Of a stretch of 64,000 bases of DNA, positions 26,761 through 40,103 are shown one piece after another. How positions within the stretch are numbered: the stretch's first letter is position 1; each line of letters opens with the position of its first letter. The notes under the pieces were generated by a model, which was not told the DNA's origin, did no database searches, and was given only the letters and a program-made list of their open reading frames with translations. The position numbers and the translations under genes are program-made. The DNA comes from Octopus vulgaris (lineage: Eukaryota): positions 37,696,001 through 37,760,000 of the forward strand of contig OX597833.1 of assembly GCA_951406725.2 (NCBI GenBank), read 5' to 3'.

Positions 26761-27309
26761 TTATGAAGGAAGTGAATCCTTTCAAGTGAGAATAATGAGA
26801 CAACAGCAATACTATTATTGCTGTTGATGCTGCAGTTGTACTGAAAATTACAAAGCAGACGACGTTGGTGTGTAATAGGGTGAGGTTAGCAACGGAGACA
26901 CAGGTAGAATGAAATGGTTACAAATGAGCAGGAATTGGGACCTTAATTATGATTCAAGAAAAAGTGGCTTCTTAAATGGCAACTCCTACAATTAAACATT
27001 AAATTATCAAAATTGCTTGAATCTAGCTGCTTCATTTGCTATTAATGGCAGTGTTGGTAGCCAGCTGGAAAAAATGTTTTCCTGGAGCTAAGAAGTAGTA
27101 ACATCGTCCTGCGTTGGACTGCCACATTGTGTCGGCAAATAGACTTTACTGTACTTTATTTAGTATCGGTAATTTTTTTTAATAGTGATGAACCTTCTGA
27201 TAACACCATGGCTAACACTTTCTAATAATCTCTTTCTCTCTCTCTCTCTTTCTCTCTCTCCCTCTCCCCCTCTCTCTTTCTTTCTCTCACACACACTCTC
27301 TCTCTGTAT

Positions 27310-27731
27310 ACATACATACATGATGGCCGTCCACTCGTGACCGAGGAAGACCATTGCCGACCTTCAGGAACATTGTGCGCTCTAGGACTAACTTATATTT
27401 TGCATTTGCGGCTCCGTTGGTGGCTAATGAGCCCTGCTCTTGACAAGCATACACGACTGCAAACATTGCAGACCAAGCTTTCTCCATTCACTATACGAGC
27501 CGTGCGCTTTTGCGCAGTTCACCTAAGTTCTTCATGCTGGATACGTGCTCTGTCAAAAGTGTCGATCCCCTCCTTAACCAGCTTCCTCCATCTGTGGCGA
27601 TGATAGGCATTGTTCTCCCAATCAGTGTCCTGCATATCAAAGGCCTTTAACGAGGACTTGACACAGTCCTTAAATCGCAGCCTTGGTTTCTGTCGGAGTC
27701 TCCTTCCATTCACAAGTTCTCCATAGAGCAT
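27310..27731 (-). mobile_element. RTE (BovB-like) LINE 3' fragment
   Basis: MLYGELVNGRR..KPRLRFKDCVKSSLK..WE..A..R.RWRKLV followed by a CxxC..H motif (CNVCSRVCLSRAGLISHQR). Flanked by (TATG)n. Confidence 0.75.
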
Positions 27732-28849
27732 ACATACATACATACATACGCAACTTGTTCCCTTTAGCTACCTCTCTTTGGAGCTATTTGTTTACAACTC
27801 CCATAACATGCATTCAAAAAGTATCCAACTTTATTTTTTGCCCGCCAAAACTACGGCACAAAATCCTTTGGTTGGGAGGTGATGACAGCATTCCTTCGCA
27901 CAAGGGAAAATTTTCATACCTTCGAACCGTCCAACCCATGCTAGCATGGAGAACGGACGTTAAACGATGATGATGATGATGATGTAGTCAACATCAGTTC
28001 TCATCTGTTACACCTTGAGTACAGATGGATAGTGTCTGACAACTACCCATGGTGCCATGGCATAGGACTGAACCCAGAACCATGTAGTTGGGTGAAATAT
28101 TTTTGTAAGATGAAGTAGGGGTACAAAAATGTAAAGTAGGAGCAAGATTTCAATTCATAAAAAATCCTTTACATTTGACATTCAGTACAACAGTCGTTTT
28201 GATTTGCTTAATTTAGATCTCTTTCATTATTTTCATATCAGACTGATTTAATCAGTCATCAGTATTTGTCCCACTCTATATGTTTGCATCCATTCATTCC
28301 AATCAACCACAGCCCCATGGTCTTAACAGTTTAATCAACTATTTTGAGAACACATTTACATAGTTTATTGTTGCTAACAGCCCAATTAACCACAGCCCTG
28401 TAGTCTAACTTCTCTCAAAAATCCAATTAGCCATACCCTCTCAGTCTAAAAAGTCTTCATCACCATACAGCTACTAGAAGATTAAAGATTAAAAAACAAC
28501 CAATTAACTTGAAGTACTTTTTTTAGATATTGTTTGTTTTTACCACCAATTAATTTGTAGGTTAATTGCTCTATGGACATATTTAATATGCTTTTGAAGT
28601 ACCTACAAGTAAATAAATCAATCTTCCTTTTGTAAAGTATCAATATAATTATGCTATTACAACAAACATACACTTGCTTCAAATGTGCTTTATTAAAGAA
28701 GCTGTACTACTACATGATGATGGTGAGAATGATGGTAATTCTTTCTAATACTGACACAAATCCTGAATTTTGGGTAAAAGGGCTAGTCAATTACATCAAG
28801 CCCAGTACTTGACTGGTAGTCATTTTATCAATGCAATTTTCAGTAATCC

Positions 28850-29330
28850 TCTTCCACAGCCAATTAAGTCATCTTTGTGAACAGAAACTACTACCTCTAG
28901 GGAAACTTCTGGGTATTTGACAAAATCTCTTTACTGTATGTTCTTAGACTTTATTACTCCTCCACATCTGTCACATACAAAGCCTGCTTTCTCCTTAAAC
29001 TTTCCTGTGATTTCACTGCACCTCTTGTGTGTCCATAGCTTACACTGAGTACACTATATAGAATTTGTACCTATACTTTTTCTACAAATTGAGCAGAGCC
29101 ATTTTCAGGAAAGGATTAATGGTTTGTCTAGGGTTTTTTACTTACAAAACTTTTTTGTTAAGTAAACTTTAAGGCCCATTGATTCCAGGTTTTGCTGTCG
29201 CACCTGAAAATTCTTTTTCCATTCTAATACAGATTTCACTATAAAGACAAGAGAACTTCAAATGACGAGTGAGATGTGACTGTTACATTCTGAAGAGTAA
29301 AAACAAAATTTTCTAAAATGGCTGACAGAA
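28850..29330 (-). mobile_element. Decayed RTE LINE fragment with Cys-rich (PHD-like) insert
   Basis: The minus strand reads WLCSICRKSIGTNSI*CTQCKLWTHKRCSEITG..FVCDRC, with an in-frame stop. Confidence 0.65.
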
Positions 29331-30699
29331 GACTTAGCAAAGCAATGATGTATTTCCATTGTACTGGAACAGTGTTTCATTAGTTAACACAAAGCATCAT
29401 TAAGATAGCCCAGTTCCTGCTTTTACACCAGCAGGTTGCAAGCCCAAAATCACTCTTAAACTATTCTCTTCAGAAGTAATATACAGTATGTTAAAATGTT
29501 TTTAAATGCTAACTAAATGATGTACCACAGGCATGCATATGTGTACAACATTCATGTACACCCATATACCTGTATGTACTTACATACTTAGACTGACGTG
29601 TGTATGAATACATGCCAATACACCAGGCGGAGATCTATAGAAGTGACATAGAATAATACAAAAATAAAGGACAAATAGGGCTTAACACATAAATACATGT
29701 AAAACAGATGTGAAATAGACATTATATAAGCCATGATATTTTCAAAAATTGCAATGACAGCAAGAATGATTTCCTCTAAGCACCCAACACACTCTGTTAA
29801 GTGGTTGGTGTTAGGAAGGGCATCCAGCCATAGAAACCATTCCACAACAGACAATTGAAGTCTGGACAGCTCCTGGCTGGCCAGTCAAGCCACCCAACCA
29901 GTGCCAGCAAGGTGATGATGATGTCTAGGATGCCTTATAGAAATATAAATAGACCTTAGTTGGGTACTTGGTTGGAAATTTATTTCATTGATCCCAGAAG
30001 GATGAAAGGCAAAATTGAGCATAGGAGGATTTGAACTCAGAATGGAAATAAAGAGCTATTGCTAAGTACTGAAAGGCATTTTGTTTGACACCTTGTCCTG
30101 CTGGAGGAGAAGGGATATTTAAGACAAAACAAAACAAGCAAACAAATAATAAATAAATAACAATGATATATTGGTAATTAAATTCTAAATGTAGTAAGAT
30201 AAAAATTGATAATTGAGTAATAATTTTGGACAATTTGGAAACATTGAATATCATAGCTGCTATGAAATCCTCTTGTATTATTGTGTGTGGTGGTAATGGA
30301 TAATAGTATTGAACTGCTTGCATTCCCAGATAGCTCTTTTAATTACTTCACTCTACTGCTCCAAAACTTGAGATTTTGCAATCAAAGTATGACAAAAGTT
30401 GAGCAAATCTTTCTCAGCTACCTCATGATTTTGAAATAATAATAATTTCTAATATAGACACAACACCACAAACTTTGTTGAAGGGTTTAGTTGATTAAAT
30501 CAACCCCCAATACTAGACTGGTACTTTATTTTATGAATCCTGGAAGGATGAATGACATAGCAAACTTCAGTAGCATTTAACTCAGAATGTAAAGAGTTAG
30601 AATAAATATCACAAGGCATCTATTTCATGTTATAATGGCTGAAAATCTACTGACCTTAACATAATAATGATAATAATAATAATAATAATAGTAATAGTA

Positions 30700-30751
<52 letters not shown>

Positions 30752-30753
<2 letters not shown>

Positions 30754-31308
30754 GCCCTGATGCAGTACCAGACAGTGGCTCTCATGGCTTCTAAGCTTAA
30801 CTGATTATAAGTGTTATCATGTACATTGTTTTGTCTTGGTATAAAAGATGGGCTACAGCAAATATTCTGCTCAATACCACAGATTTGCTTGTCAGTTGTT
30901 TGACCTTAACCAGTTGACCATGTCCCTTAGTGGCTGTCGATATGTGCATCTCTGATCACGAGCAGAAGTAGTGGGGGAGCATCATAGCCGTGTGTTGAGA
31001 GGGATTCTTTGGAGTTTGGATAATTCACCTTTGGAAACATGGGTGGTTCGTTCAACATCCTTAAACAATCCTTATTCGGGGACCTTTTGAGCGGGATGGG
31101 TTACTTGACCAGAAGAAAATTTTAACTGGGCCCCACCTGCAAGATCATGCACTGTTTATCTTGATATGAGATCACCATGTCACGCACATATGATTGTGAT
31201 GCATGTGCCTCGTGTACCCTTATCAGACAGGTTGTCATGATGGGTATACTGGGCTTCGTATATTTTACCCCAATGTCACTTTGATGGCATGCACTGCTCT
31301 CCCACGCA
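30752..31308. mobile_element. ~555-bp non-coding dispersed element inserted in (TAA)n, copy 1
   Basis: Collinear with 40104-40648 and 53775-54329 (both opposite orientation). (AAT)n on both sides. Confidence 0.8.
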
Positions 31309-31369
31309 ATAATAATAATAATAATAATAATAATAAGTCTTTTCTTTATTAGCCATTTAGCCATAAGGG

Positions 31370-33612
31370 CAAAAAAAAAAACAATAGAATAATACAAAAA
31401 TAAAGGACAAATAGGGCTTAACACATAAATACATGTAAACAATAAAACAATAACAACAAAACCCAAGCTTCCTGATCACCCTGACCACCAAGGGCACCCT
31501 AGGCAGGTACCCTTCTCCTTCTCGTCCCCTCTGGCCTACAGGCATGTGTTCAGAGTAGACTCAATTACATAGGCCATCCTTGCAACATTCACCCACCTGT
31601 CAACAAAAATACTGTGGAGCAGCACTTCCCTCTCCATCCTCACCTTCCTTTTCAAGTGGAACTGTAAAAATTCAATGAGAGCTTGGTTGAAGAGGAAAAA
31701 ATATGTCTTCGGTCCTTTCAATCACATCAACCACATTTCCTCTTTTCGGTCCTTTCAATCACATCAACCACATTACCATAGGCACCAGAGAGAGAAAAAC
31801 CTCCTGGCCAAAAGAAGGCAACAGGACAATCCTTCTCATGGACTCAGCCAATAACTGGATTTATCCTACATGTGACAACAGCTATTCAACAAGGTTCCAC
31901 AAGTCATCAATGCCCAGACAACGGACAAGGGCATGCAGAACAGTTTCATTGCCCTGCATGCATCTTGGACAGGTCCATCTGACAGCGCTTCCAGGCGTAG
32001 AGCTTGTCTCAAACTAGTAGAACCCCCAGTAGCACTGCCAGTCCAGGGATTTCTGGAACTTGTTCATAGTCCTGGCCTGAAAGTCCTCTGAAAAAGACCA
32101 GTCACTTGATTTCCATCAACACCCAGAGTCTCCCAGAGGACATTGTTGCTCTAGCCTGCCACTAAACCCCTATAGAACTGGAACCTCCACCGACTGCATT
32201 GCCTGACTGGCAGAGGACTGTAGATGCTTGCTGATACTCTAGATGCTGAGCACTCTTTCTTGGTCTACACGTGGTCCAAGACTGCAGCTCAATCAATGAG
32301 ACAAACTGCAGAAAATCCCATCTGATAAATGGGGTTCACACCTGCTCACTATCAAGAAAATACTGGAGATATCACAGCCTTAGTGCATGTCTGTACATCA
32401 TTAGCCACAGCATACCTGGCCTTCCTTGCAGTAGCTACTGACAGCAAATTGACTTTTCTGACCCATCCATTAGAGAGAAAGCAGAGGTATAAGCACCCCA
32501 GCTTGGTCACCATTGAAGCAGGACAAAAGACAAGTCAGACAGTAGTAGATGATGGAAGCAATGTATGCATTCACCAAGTCTGCCAGACCTTTTAGAGGCA
32601 GCTTCCTTTTACCCCATTTCTAAATGAGACTGGCCTTACTGCTTATCGCTTTCCCCTTGTCCACCTGAAGGTTTGAGCCAAACCAGATCCCAAACAAATT
32701 AACTGGTCCTTCCATCTAGTGCCCTTTGACACTGTTGGGGGCATAGACCTACCTCTCTAGGTGCCAAGCTGCAGGCTCATCTACTTGTAGTTAATCTTTG
32801 CTCTGGTCACAGCTTTGTACTCCCTCAGGGTAATGCCAATCACCTTGATTTCCAAGATGTCTGACACTATTATGGTGATGTCATCTGCATAAGCTGACAC
32901 AAACATCCCCCATCCTAGTTCATGCAGGACACCCCTCAAAACACCCAGCTTCCATAGCAACGGCTTGAGAGCCAGCACATACAGAAGGGGCAAAAGTGAG
33001 CATCCCTGATGAACCAAATGTGTGATATTAAATGATTCCAATAAGTGGCCATTTACTTTGAGCACTGAACAGAAGTCATTGTATATTGCTTGATCCAGCC
33101 TCTGAAAATGGAACTGAAACTGGCTGCAATGAGAACAACCTCTGATGTTTGGTGAATAACCATATTAAAAGCTTTTGACTGATCCAAATTGATTAGGGCC
33201 CCACCCATATCAGGTTCCTTATCTACCCTCTCTATGATGTAACATGTGAGGTGGAGGTTGTTGTGGATATATTTGTTTGGGATAGCACATATATGTGCAT
33301 CACTGTTAGCCTCTTGGCTAACACCTTGGTCAAAATCTTGCAATCCACTTTTAGCAGAGTTATGGACCTAAAATTATCTATTTGGTCCCCCTTGTTTGGA
33401 TCCTTTCTCAGCAGCACTATCACCATGCCATGGCTCACAGTACTGGAAATTCTTCTGTTCTGTTGCCAGTTGCAGTAGACATCCACCAAGAGATTACTAA
33501 ACAAGACTGACACGTGAAGATAAAGCTTGAAGAGCAGTCCATCTAGCTCCAGAGACTTCTCTCTTGTGCAGCTAGTCATTGCATCCCATATGTCTTTGGA
33601 TGTTAATGGCAT
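31370..33612 (-). mobile_element. Decayed L1/Tx1-clade LINE (RT and 3' region)
   Basis: Remnant motifs IDNFRSITLLKVDCKILTKVLAKRL, LDQSKAF, QGCSLLPLLYVLAL and SAYADD. Frameshifted. Confidence 0.8.
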
Positions 33613-33613
33613 T

Positions 33614-33654
<41 letters not shown>

Positions 33655-33845
33655 ATAAATACACACACATACAGTACATGATTAGATAGGCACTTTGAGC
33701 AAATGTCTTTCACTATAACTCAGGGCCAGCCAAAAGCCTTGTGAGCATATGTATGTAGGTAGGTATGCATGTGTGTGTGTGTGTGCGTGTGCACATGCGC
33801 ATGTGTGTATGTATATGTATGTGTGTGTGTGTGTATATACACATG

Positions 33846-33879
<34 letters not shown>

Positions 33880-33883
<4 letters not shown>

Positions 33884-34085
33884 AGTATCACAATTTTCCC
33901 TGGCACATTGTCTTGCAAACTGAAACACTTCAAGCCACTGGTCCTCATGCTGCAAAACATTGGTAAACTTCTTCCTTTCCACTTCAACCTCAGCTAAATA
34001 TACCTGCTTCCTAGCTTCCCTTCTAGTTGCCTGATATAGCTCCTTACTACCACCACTCTTCCAGTCTTTCCAGTCTTTACGCTCA
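33880..34085 (-). mobile_element. RTE LINE internal remnant
   Basis: WKDWKSGGSKELYQATRREARKQVYLA..VFQFARQ resembles the RTE endonuclease-RT linker. Confidence 0.5.
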
Positions 34086-34523
34086 TTAGAGTTAGCTGAT
34101 ATCAAATGGAATAATGAATATATAAATATATATATATGTTACTATACACAAAATTTTATAACATTTTTCTAACAAAACGACTTAAATATATTCTTTAACC
34201 TTATAAAACAAGCCTTTTGTGGTTTTTTCCCTCTTTTCTATTTATTATACATCCAACCACGTGTTTTCACACACCAACTTTCTCACCTATATATATATAT
34301 ATATATATATATGAAGGTTGTTATGACTGCTCAGAGAAACATCATATATATACATTAGGAAGACCATGGTCAATCTCTGACCAGCCATAACAAATGACCT
34401 TCTAAATATATTACTAATCTAATGCTTTAGAGCATGCTTCTTTTTTTTGACGATATAATAATATATATAATATATATATATTATATAATAATATGATATA
34501 ATATAATATATTATATATATGTA

Positions 34524-34555
<32 letters not shown>

Positions 34556-35419
34556 AATATGCAAACACACACACACACGTGTGTGTGTGTGTCACTGTTG
34601 AAGTTACTCATGCAACTTGTTTGTGTATATATTGGCTTAGTGGTATAGGATGTTTGGACACTGTGAATAAGGTGCAAGTTTCGAGTACTTGTCGGTAACT
34701 TTTTGTTTCTCCTCGTCTTCTAATAGTAATTACCCAATTTTCTAGGCTCTTCTCACAGCTATCGCGTTTTCAAGTATTTTAAACTTTTCATCGAATTTCC
34801 AAATAAAGAATTAAAACTTAAAAGAGAAAGTGAGAAACTTTGCAAATGAAAATGGATACTCTGTAGTGAATGCAATGAATATTTAAATCTGTGAAGAATT
34901 GGGTGCAGTGAATGCAATGAATATTTAAATTTGTGAGAAATTGGAGTTTAAAAAATTCAATAAACTTGAGAAATCGAAATTATAGGAAATTTCTTAGAAC
35001 ATGAATTTATAAAAATATTTCCAGACGGTCAACCCTTTAATAATTACTTTCTTTTAGTATTTTTAGTAATTGTTAAGTACCTAATTAATTAGCAGCTTCC
35101 CCGATTATAGTATAGATATCCTGCTCAATAACACAGATTTGCTTGTCAGTTGCTTGACCTTAACCACTTGAGCATGTCCCTTGGTGGCTGACAATATGTG
35201 CCTCTCTGACCACGAGCACGAGTAATGGGGGAGCATCATTGTGATGTGTTGAGAGGGATTCTTTAGGGTTTGAATAAATGTAACAAAAGCAAAGTTTGAA
35301 GGAATATTAACCATTTTCATACTTTCTAGAAGTAAACAAATAGGAAATAACAATTGTTACCTATAGACAAAAATTGTGTTACACAATGTAATAACATGTA
35401 TCAAGCTGAAAGTGTACCT

Positions 35420-36135
35420 TAGGTACTAGATTTGCAAACTCCTTAAAGGTCCACAGATGTCTTCTTTCTTTTGTATTTTTCTAACCACATTTGTTTTCAG
35501 GGGACAGCTGATTTCCATAACAGAACATATATTTTCCTTGTGATCCCACACAACAATATCTGGCCAATTATGTTTTAACTTGGCAGCTGTTCTGATTTTT
35601 AAGTTCCACCAATATTCTTTTGACCTTTTGGTCTCAATATCGTTGATTTCATCTGTAGGTGTTTTCTTTTCTTTTATGTTGTTCCAAACTGTTCTGGCCA
35701 CCACATCATGCCTCATGGGAAGATAATATCTGGAAGACATTCTCTTCCCATGAGGTGGAAACTGCTCCTATTCTTGGATGACCAGATTCTGCCATTGATG
35801 ACAACACCATCTATAAAGTGGAAGCCACCATTTTGGAGGATTGCTACATAACTATTCAGCTACTAGCCCAAGAAGTTATGCAGCAATCCCCCAAAATGGC
35901 AGCTTCCACTTTATAGATGGTGTTGTCATCAATGGCAAAATGTGGTCATCCAAGAATAGGAGCAGTTTCCACGGATGCCTGACCTTATTTGAATTGGTAA
36001 TGCCAATGCTTGACAACATCGTATGATGGTGCATTGTCACCCTAAACTTCTTTAATCTCATCAAAAGTCCCTTTTGGTGTATGACCTTTCAAGTATAAGA
36101 ACCTGATCACTGATCTGCATTCAACCACCTCCATT
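35420..36135 (-). mobile_element. Decayed R4/Dong-like non-LTR element (restriction-like endonuclease region), internally rearranged
   Basis: RHDVVA..., YWWNLKI, HNWPDIVVWD..C.VMEISCP correspond to the RH..PD..E motifs of RLE-type LINEs. Interrupted by an inverted duplication. Confidence 0.65.
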
Positions 36136-36301
36136 ATAACACCTTAGTCCACTTCAGCAGTTGTAAAAAACAAATGAATACTAGTGGAAAGCTGAAATTT
36201 ACAATGTGACATGTAGAGACATACATGATTATACTTGTACAAGTTCTGTTTCCTGCAATAACTGGAAGTGGGTCAGAGAAAATTTTTAATGAAAACCCCT
36301 C

Positions 36302-36347
<46 letters not shown>

Positions 36348-37383
36348 ATGCATCTTAATACAAGTGAGTGAACAGTGAAAGAATCATTCCTCACATTTTG
36401 TCGGCGTTATGGGAAAACTGTACCACACCTTTTATCTTTCTGTCACATTTTTTTCTTTATCTCCTTTTTCTTCCTTCATGTTTTGCCAAATTATTTCCAG
36501 GTAACCTTTCTTTGCAATGGAACAGTGCCTGGTTTATTTAACAAACAATTTTTTCCCTTTATGGCTGGGTGAAAATAATTGTTATGTTTCAAATGTTTTT
36601 TTGAGACAAAGTATAGAAATCATTCAATATTTTACGAAACAAAAATAAGAGAAAATTTTTATTTATTTATTTATTTACTGAGATATATTTTAATCCACTA
36701 TTATGAGGTAAAACAGTGGAATTTTTATTGATTTTTTTTAAGATAAAATATCAGAATAATTTTATAAGTTAAAAAAAAAATTAACCAATCAATTTTTGCA
36801 ACAGCTGGAAGCAATATAAGAGAAATTACCAATTTTTATCACAGCTAATTAATAAAATGAAGTTAAAGAAAACTGTCCACTCATTTTTTAAAAATGAAAT
36901 AACAATTCTCTTTTTTAAATAGATTCATGAGAAATAAATGGAATAGTTGACCTGGTTTTCTGTTATTCACCTTATCTCTGCTGAAAATTGAATCTTTTCT
37001 CTTATTTAACCTCTGGTAGTTGCAAAAATTTCAACATTTTTCATATTTAATCTCTGGTAGTTGCCAAAATTTAAACAATTTCACTTATATGATTTATAAC
37101 TGTGAGAAAAAAAATTGGGTGACTTCTTTTATTTCATTTCATTTTCTGTTATTTAACCATTATTACTATTATTATGATTAAAGATGTCAAACTGGTAGAA
37201 TTGTTAGCATGCTAGACAAAATACTTAGTGCTATTTCACTTGTCACTATGTTGTGAGTTCAAATTCCACCAAAGTCAACTTTGCCTTTTACCCATTCGGG
37301 GTCGATACCAGTGAAACACTGGGGTCAATATAATCGACTATCTCACTCACCCAAAATTTCAGGACTTGTGCCTTTAGTAGAAA

Positions 37384-39425
37384 TTCTAACCGAGGCTTCC
37401 GCGCTTCTGGACTGGCGTTCCCTGATGACGTTGTCCTCAGTTGACGAACTATGGTCATCCCTCAAAGCATATGTAATCTGTTTGACTGACCAGGCAGTTC
37501 CCGTTGGACTTCCCAAGAGGAAGAAACACAAGCCCTGGGTGACGAAGAAGGTTAAACGAGAACGTCGACTCAGAGATATTGCTTGGGCTGAATTCAAAAA
37601 TCTGGATTCGACTGCAGCTTTTGAGGTGTACAAAACTCAACGAGACCGAGCCGTGAAAATTGAAAAGAAAGAACGCTTCAGTTATGAATACAAAATCGCG
37701 GCAAATGCCAGTAGCAATCCAAAAACCTTCTTTGCCCGTTTCCAGCGGAATTCCCGCTTGAACAACCAGATTGCAACGTTGGTAGACTCAACAGGCGTAT
37801 CGATTGAGGACCCTTATCAACAGAGTCAATTATTTGCCGAGGCTTTTTCAACTATTTTCAAACAAGATGATGGTCGTGAACCCCCTCCATTTGATAGATC
37901 GGTACCTCCAATGCTTCGATTGATCATCACGCGGGACCAAGTCAAACGTGTTATTCAAGGCCTCGATGTCAACAAGGGTCACGGCCCTGACGGCATACAC
38001 CCACGGGTTATCAAAGCGTTGGCTCCGGTCATCTGCGAGCCCTTAACACGACTATTCAATATGTCATTGGTGACGGGTGTTATACCTGCAGACTGGAGAA
38101 CAGCGATAATCTGCCCAATTTTCAAGAAAGGGAGCCGCGAAGACCCGCTTAACTACCGACCGGTTTCCCTTACATCAATAATCAGCAAGATGTTCGAAAC
38201 CATCCTTAAGAAAAGTATGATGCTCCACCTCCTAAACACAGCCTCGATCACTGATTCCCAACACGGCTTCGTGCCGAAGAGATCGTGCTTGACCAACTTA
38301 CTAGTAATGGAAGAATTGGTGACGCGCATCCTCGATGATAGTGATGCTGTTGACATCGTTTTATTGGACTTTGCCAAAGCTTTTGACTCGGTAAACCACC
38401 GCCTACTACTTGTCAAGCTTCAAGCATATAGTTTCCATCCGGATATTGTACGATGGGTTGGTGCCTTCCTCTCAGATCGCTCCTTCCAAGTTCAAGTTAA
38501 TGGTTCGCGGTCCGACGTCTCCAGTGCGAGCAGTGGCGTGCCTCAAGGTTCAGTGCTTGGGCCCTTGTTGTTCTTAGTCTTCATAAATGACTTGCCGGAC
38601 GACCTCACGCAACACACCCTTCTATTTGCCGACGATATCAAACTGGTCGCTCCTCGCGGTAGTATAGAGGATCTTCGTCGATGCCTCCACCAAATTTGGA
38701 AGTGGTCTAACAATTGGGACCTGTGTCTGAACGTGTCAAAGTGCTGTCATCTGCCTGTCGGCTCTACTCCTGCAACTCAACTTGATTTCGAGCCGGGTCG
38801 TCTGCTGCTGGAGAGGACCGATCAGGTAAAGGACCTGGGTATCTTGGTGGATTCCTCCTTTTCGCCTTCGGCCCAGTGCGTCCATGCTGCCAACAAAGCG
38901 CGCGGAATTCTGTTTTTGATTCGACGGTCATTCGGAATGCTCACAGCAGCCATATTCCTGCCACTCTATGTCACGCTGGTGAGACCCATATTGGAGTATG
39001 GGATTCAAGCCTCTTCTCCTTATCTCCTCAAAGACATACAGCACCTCGAAAGAGTCCAGAGGCTGGCTACCCGCATGGTTCATGGTCTCAAAAATTTGTC
39101 CTACGAAGAAAGGCTGAGGACGCTCGACCTTTGTTCTCTTGAAAAACGCCGCCGCCGTGGTGATCTCATTCTCGCCCACAACATCATAAGCGGGAAGTGT
39201 AACCTCTCGAAAGAGCTGTTCTTCACTCCTGCTCCGGAGCGTCGGCTGCGGGTTCATTCCGAAAAGCTCTACCTGCGACGATTTCATCTCAATCGAAGGA
39301 GAGGAGCTTTCTCCGTCCGGGTTGCGGATCCGTGGAACAAGCTGCCAGACGAGATGGTGAAGATGCCGACGACCGCTTTGTTCAAAGCCTCCCTGGACCT
39401 CAAGTGGCCTGAACTCTTTACATGA
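37384..39425 (+). CDS. LINE ORF2 reverse transcriptase, N-terminally truncated (no endonuclease domain)
   Basis: Motifs GPDGI, NYRPVSLTS, QHGF, DFAKAFD, GVPQGSVLGPLLF, LFADD, KDLG, LVRPILEY and LERVQRLATR. The first ~35 aa of the listed 714-aa ORF come from the host SINE. Confidence 0.85.
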
Positions 39426-39509
39426 ACACCACCCTGTACTTAATTCCATGTCCCCCTACATGGCCTTGCTATTTGCTTTTGAGCCAAATTAACTAACTAA
39501 CTAACTAAC
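37384..39509 (+). mobile_element. Young 5'-truncated CR1-clade LINE
   Basis: Uninterrupted RT frame, short 3' UTR, (TAAC)n tail, and TSD tagaaa at 37378-37383 and 39510-39515. It splits a SINE 3' end and is much more GC-rich than the flanks. Confidence 0.9.
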
Positions 39510-39531
39510 TAGAAAGGATTACCATTATTAA

Positions 39532-39752
39532 CCCTTTTGATACCAACCTGACCAAAACCACCTCTGGCTCTGTAATACAAATGTCTTGCTCTCATAAGTA
39601 TTGAATTAAAATCTTCCACAAAACCTTAGTCACAATTTATGCTCCCAACACTAACTTAATGATAACTAAGTTCTTTTACTAAATTCTTTGTTATATTTAA
39701 AATTAATTGAATGAAACACAGAGCATCTCAAAATAATACGGTAATGAAAGGG
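39532..39752. mobile_element. piggyBac-type MITE
   Basis: TTAA TSD on both sides. Termini cccttttgatacc / ggtaatgaaaggg. Confidence 0.65.
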
Positions 39753-40103
39753 TTAAAGCAATGAGCTGGCAGAATCATTAGCATGCTGAGCAAAATGCTA
39801 AGCAGCATTTTGTCTGTCTTCACATCCTGAGTTTAAATTCCACCAATGTTGACTTTACTTTTCATTCATTCAGGGTTGATAAAATAACTACCAGTTGAGC
39901 ACTGGAGTCATCCCTGAAAATAAACCTACCCTCACCCCAAAATTTCAGGAATTGTGCCTTTAGAATGATGATTCATCCCAACCACACACAAACAAAAGTT
40001 AAATAAACAGCTACTGTTATACTTGGGTATGGTCATCTTTTGCCAATTAAACACTTGCATTAATTACTTGATCTTCAGTTTATTATTAATATTATTATTA
40101 TTA

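Noticed and set aside
38928-39449. 173-aa antisense ORF within the CR1 element
   Set aside because: Expected shadow ORF of a GC-rich coding sequence, with no recognisable motifs.
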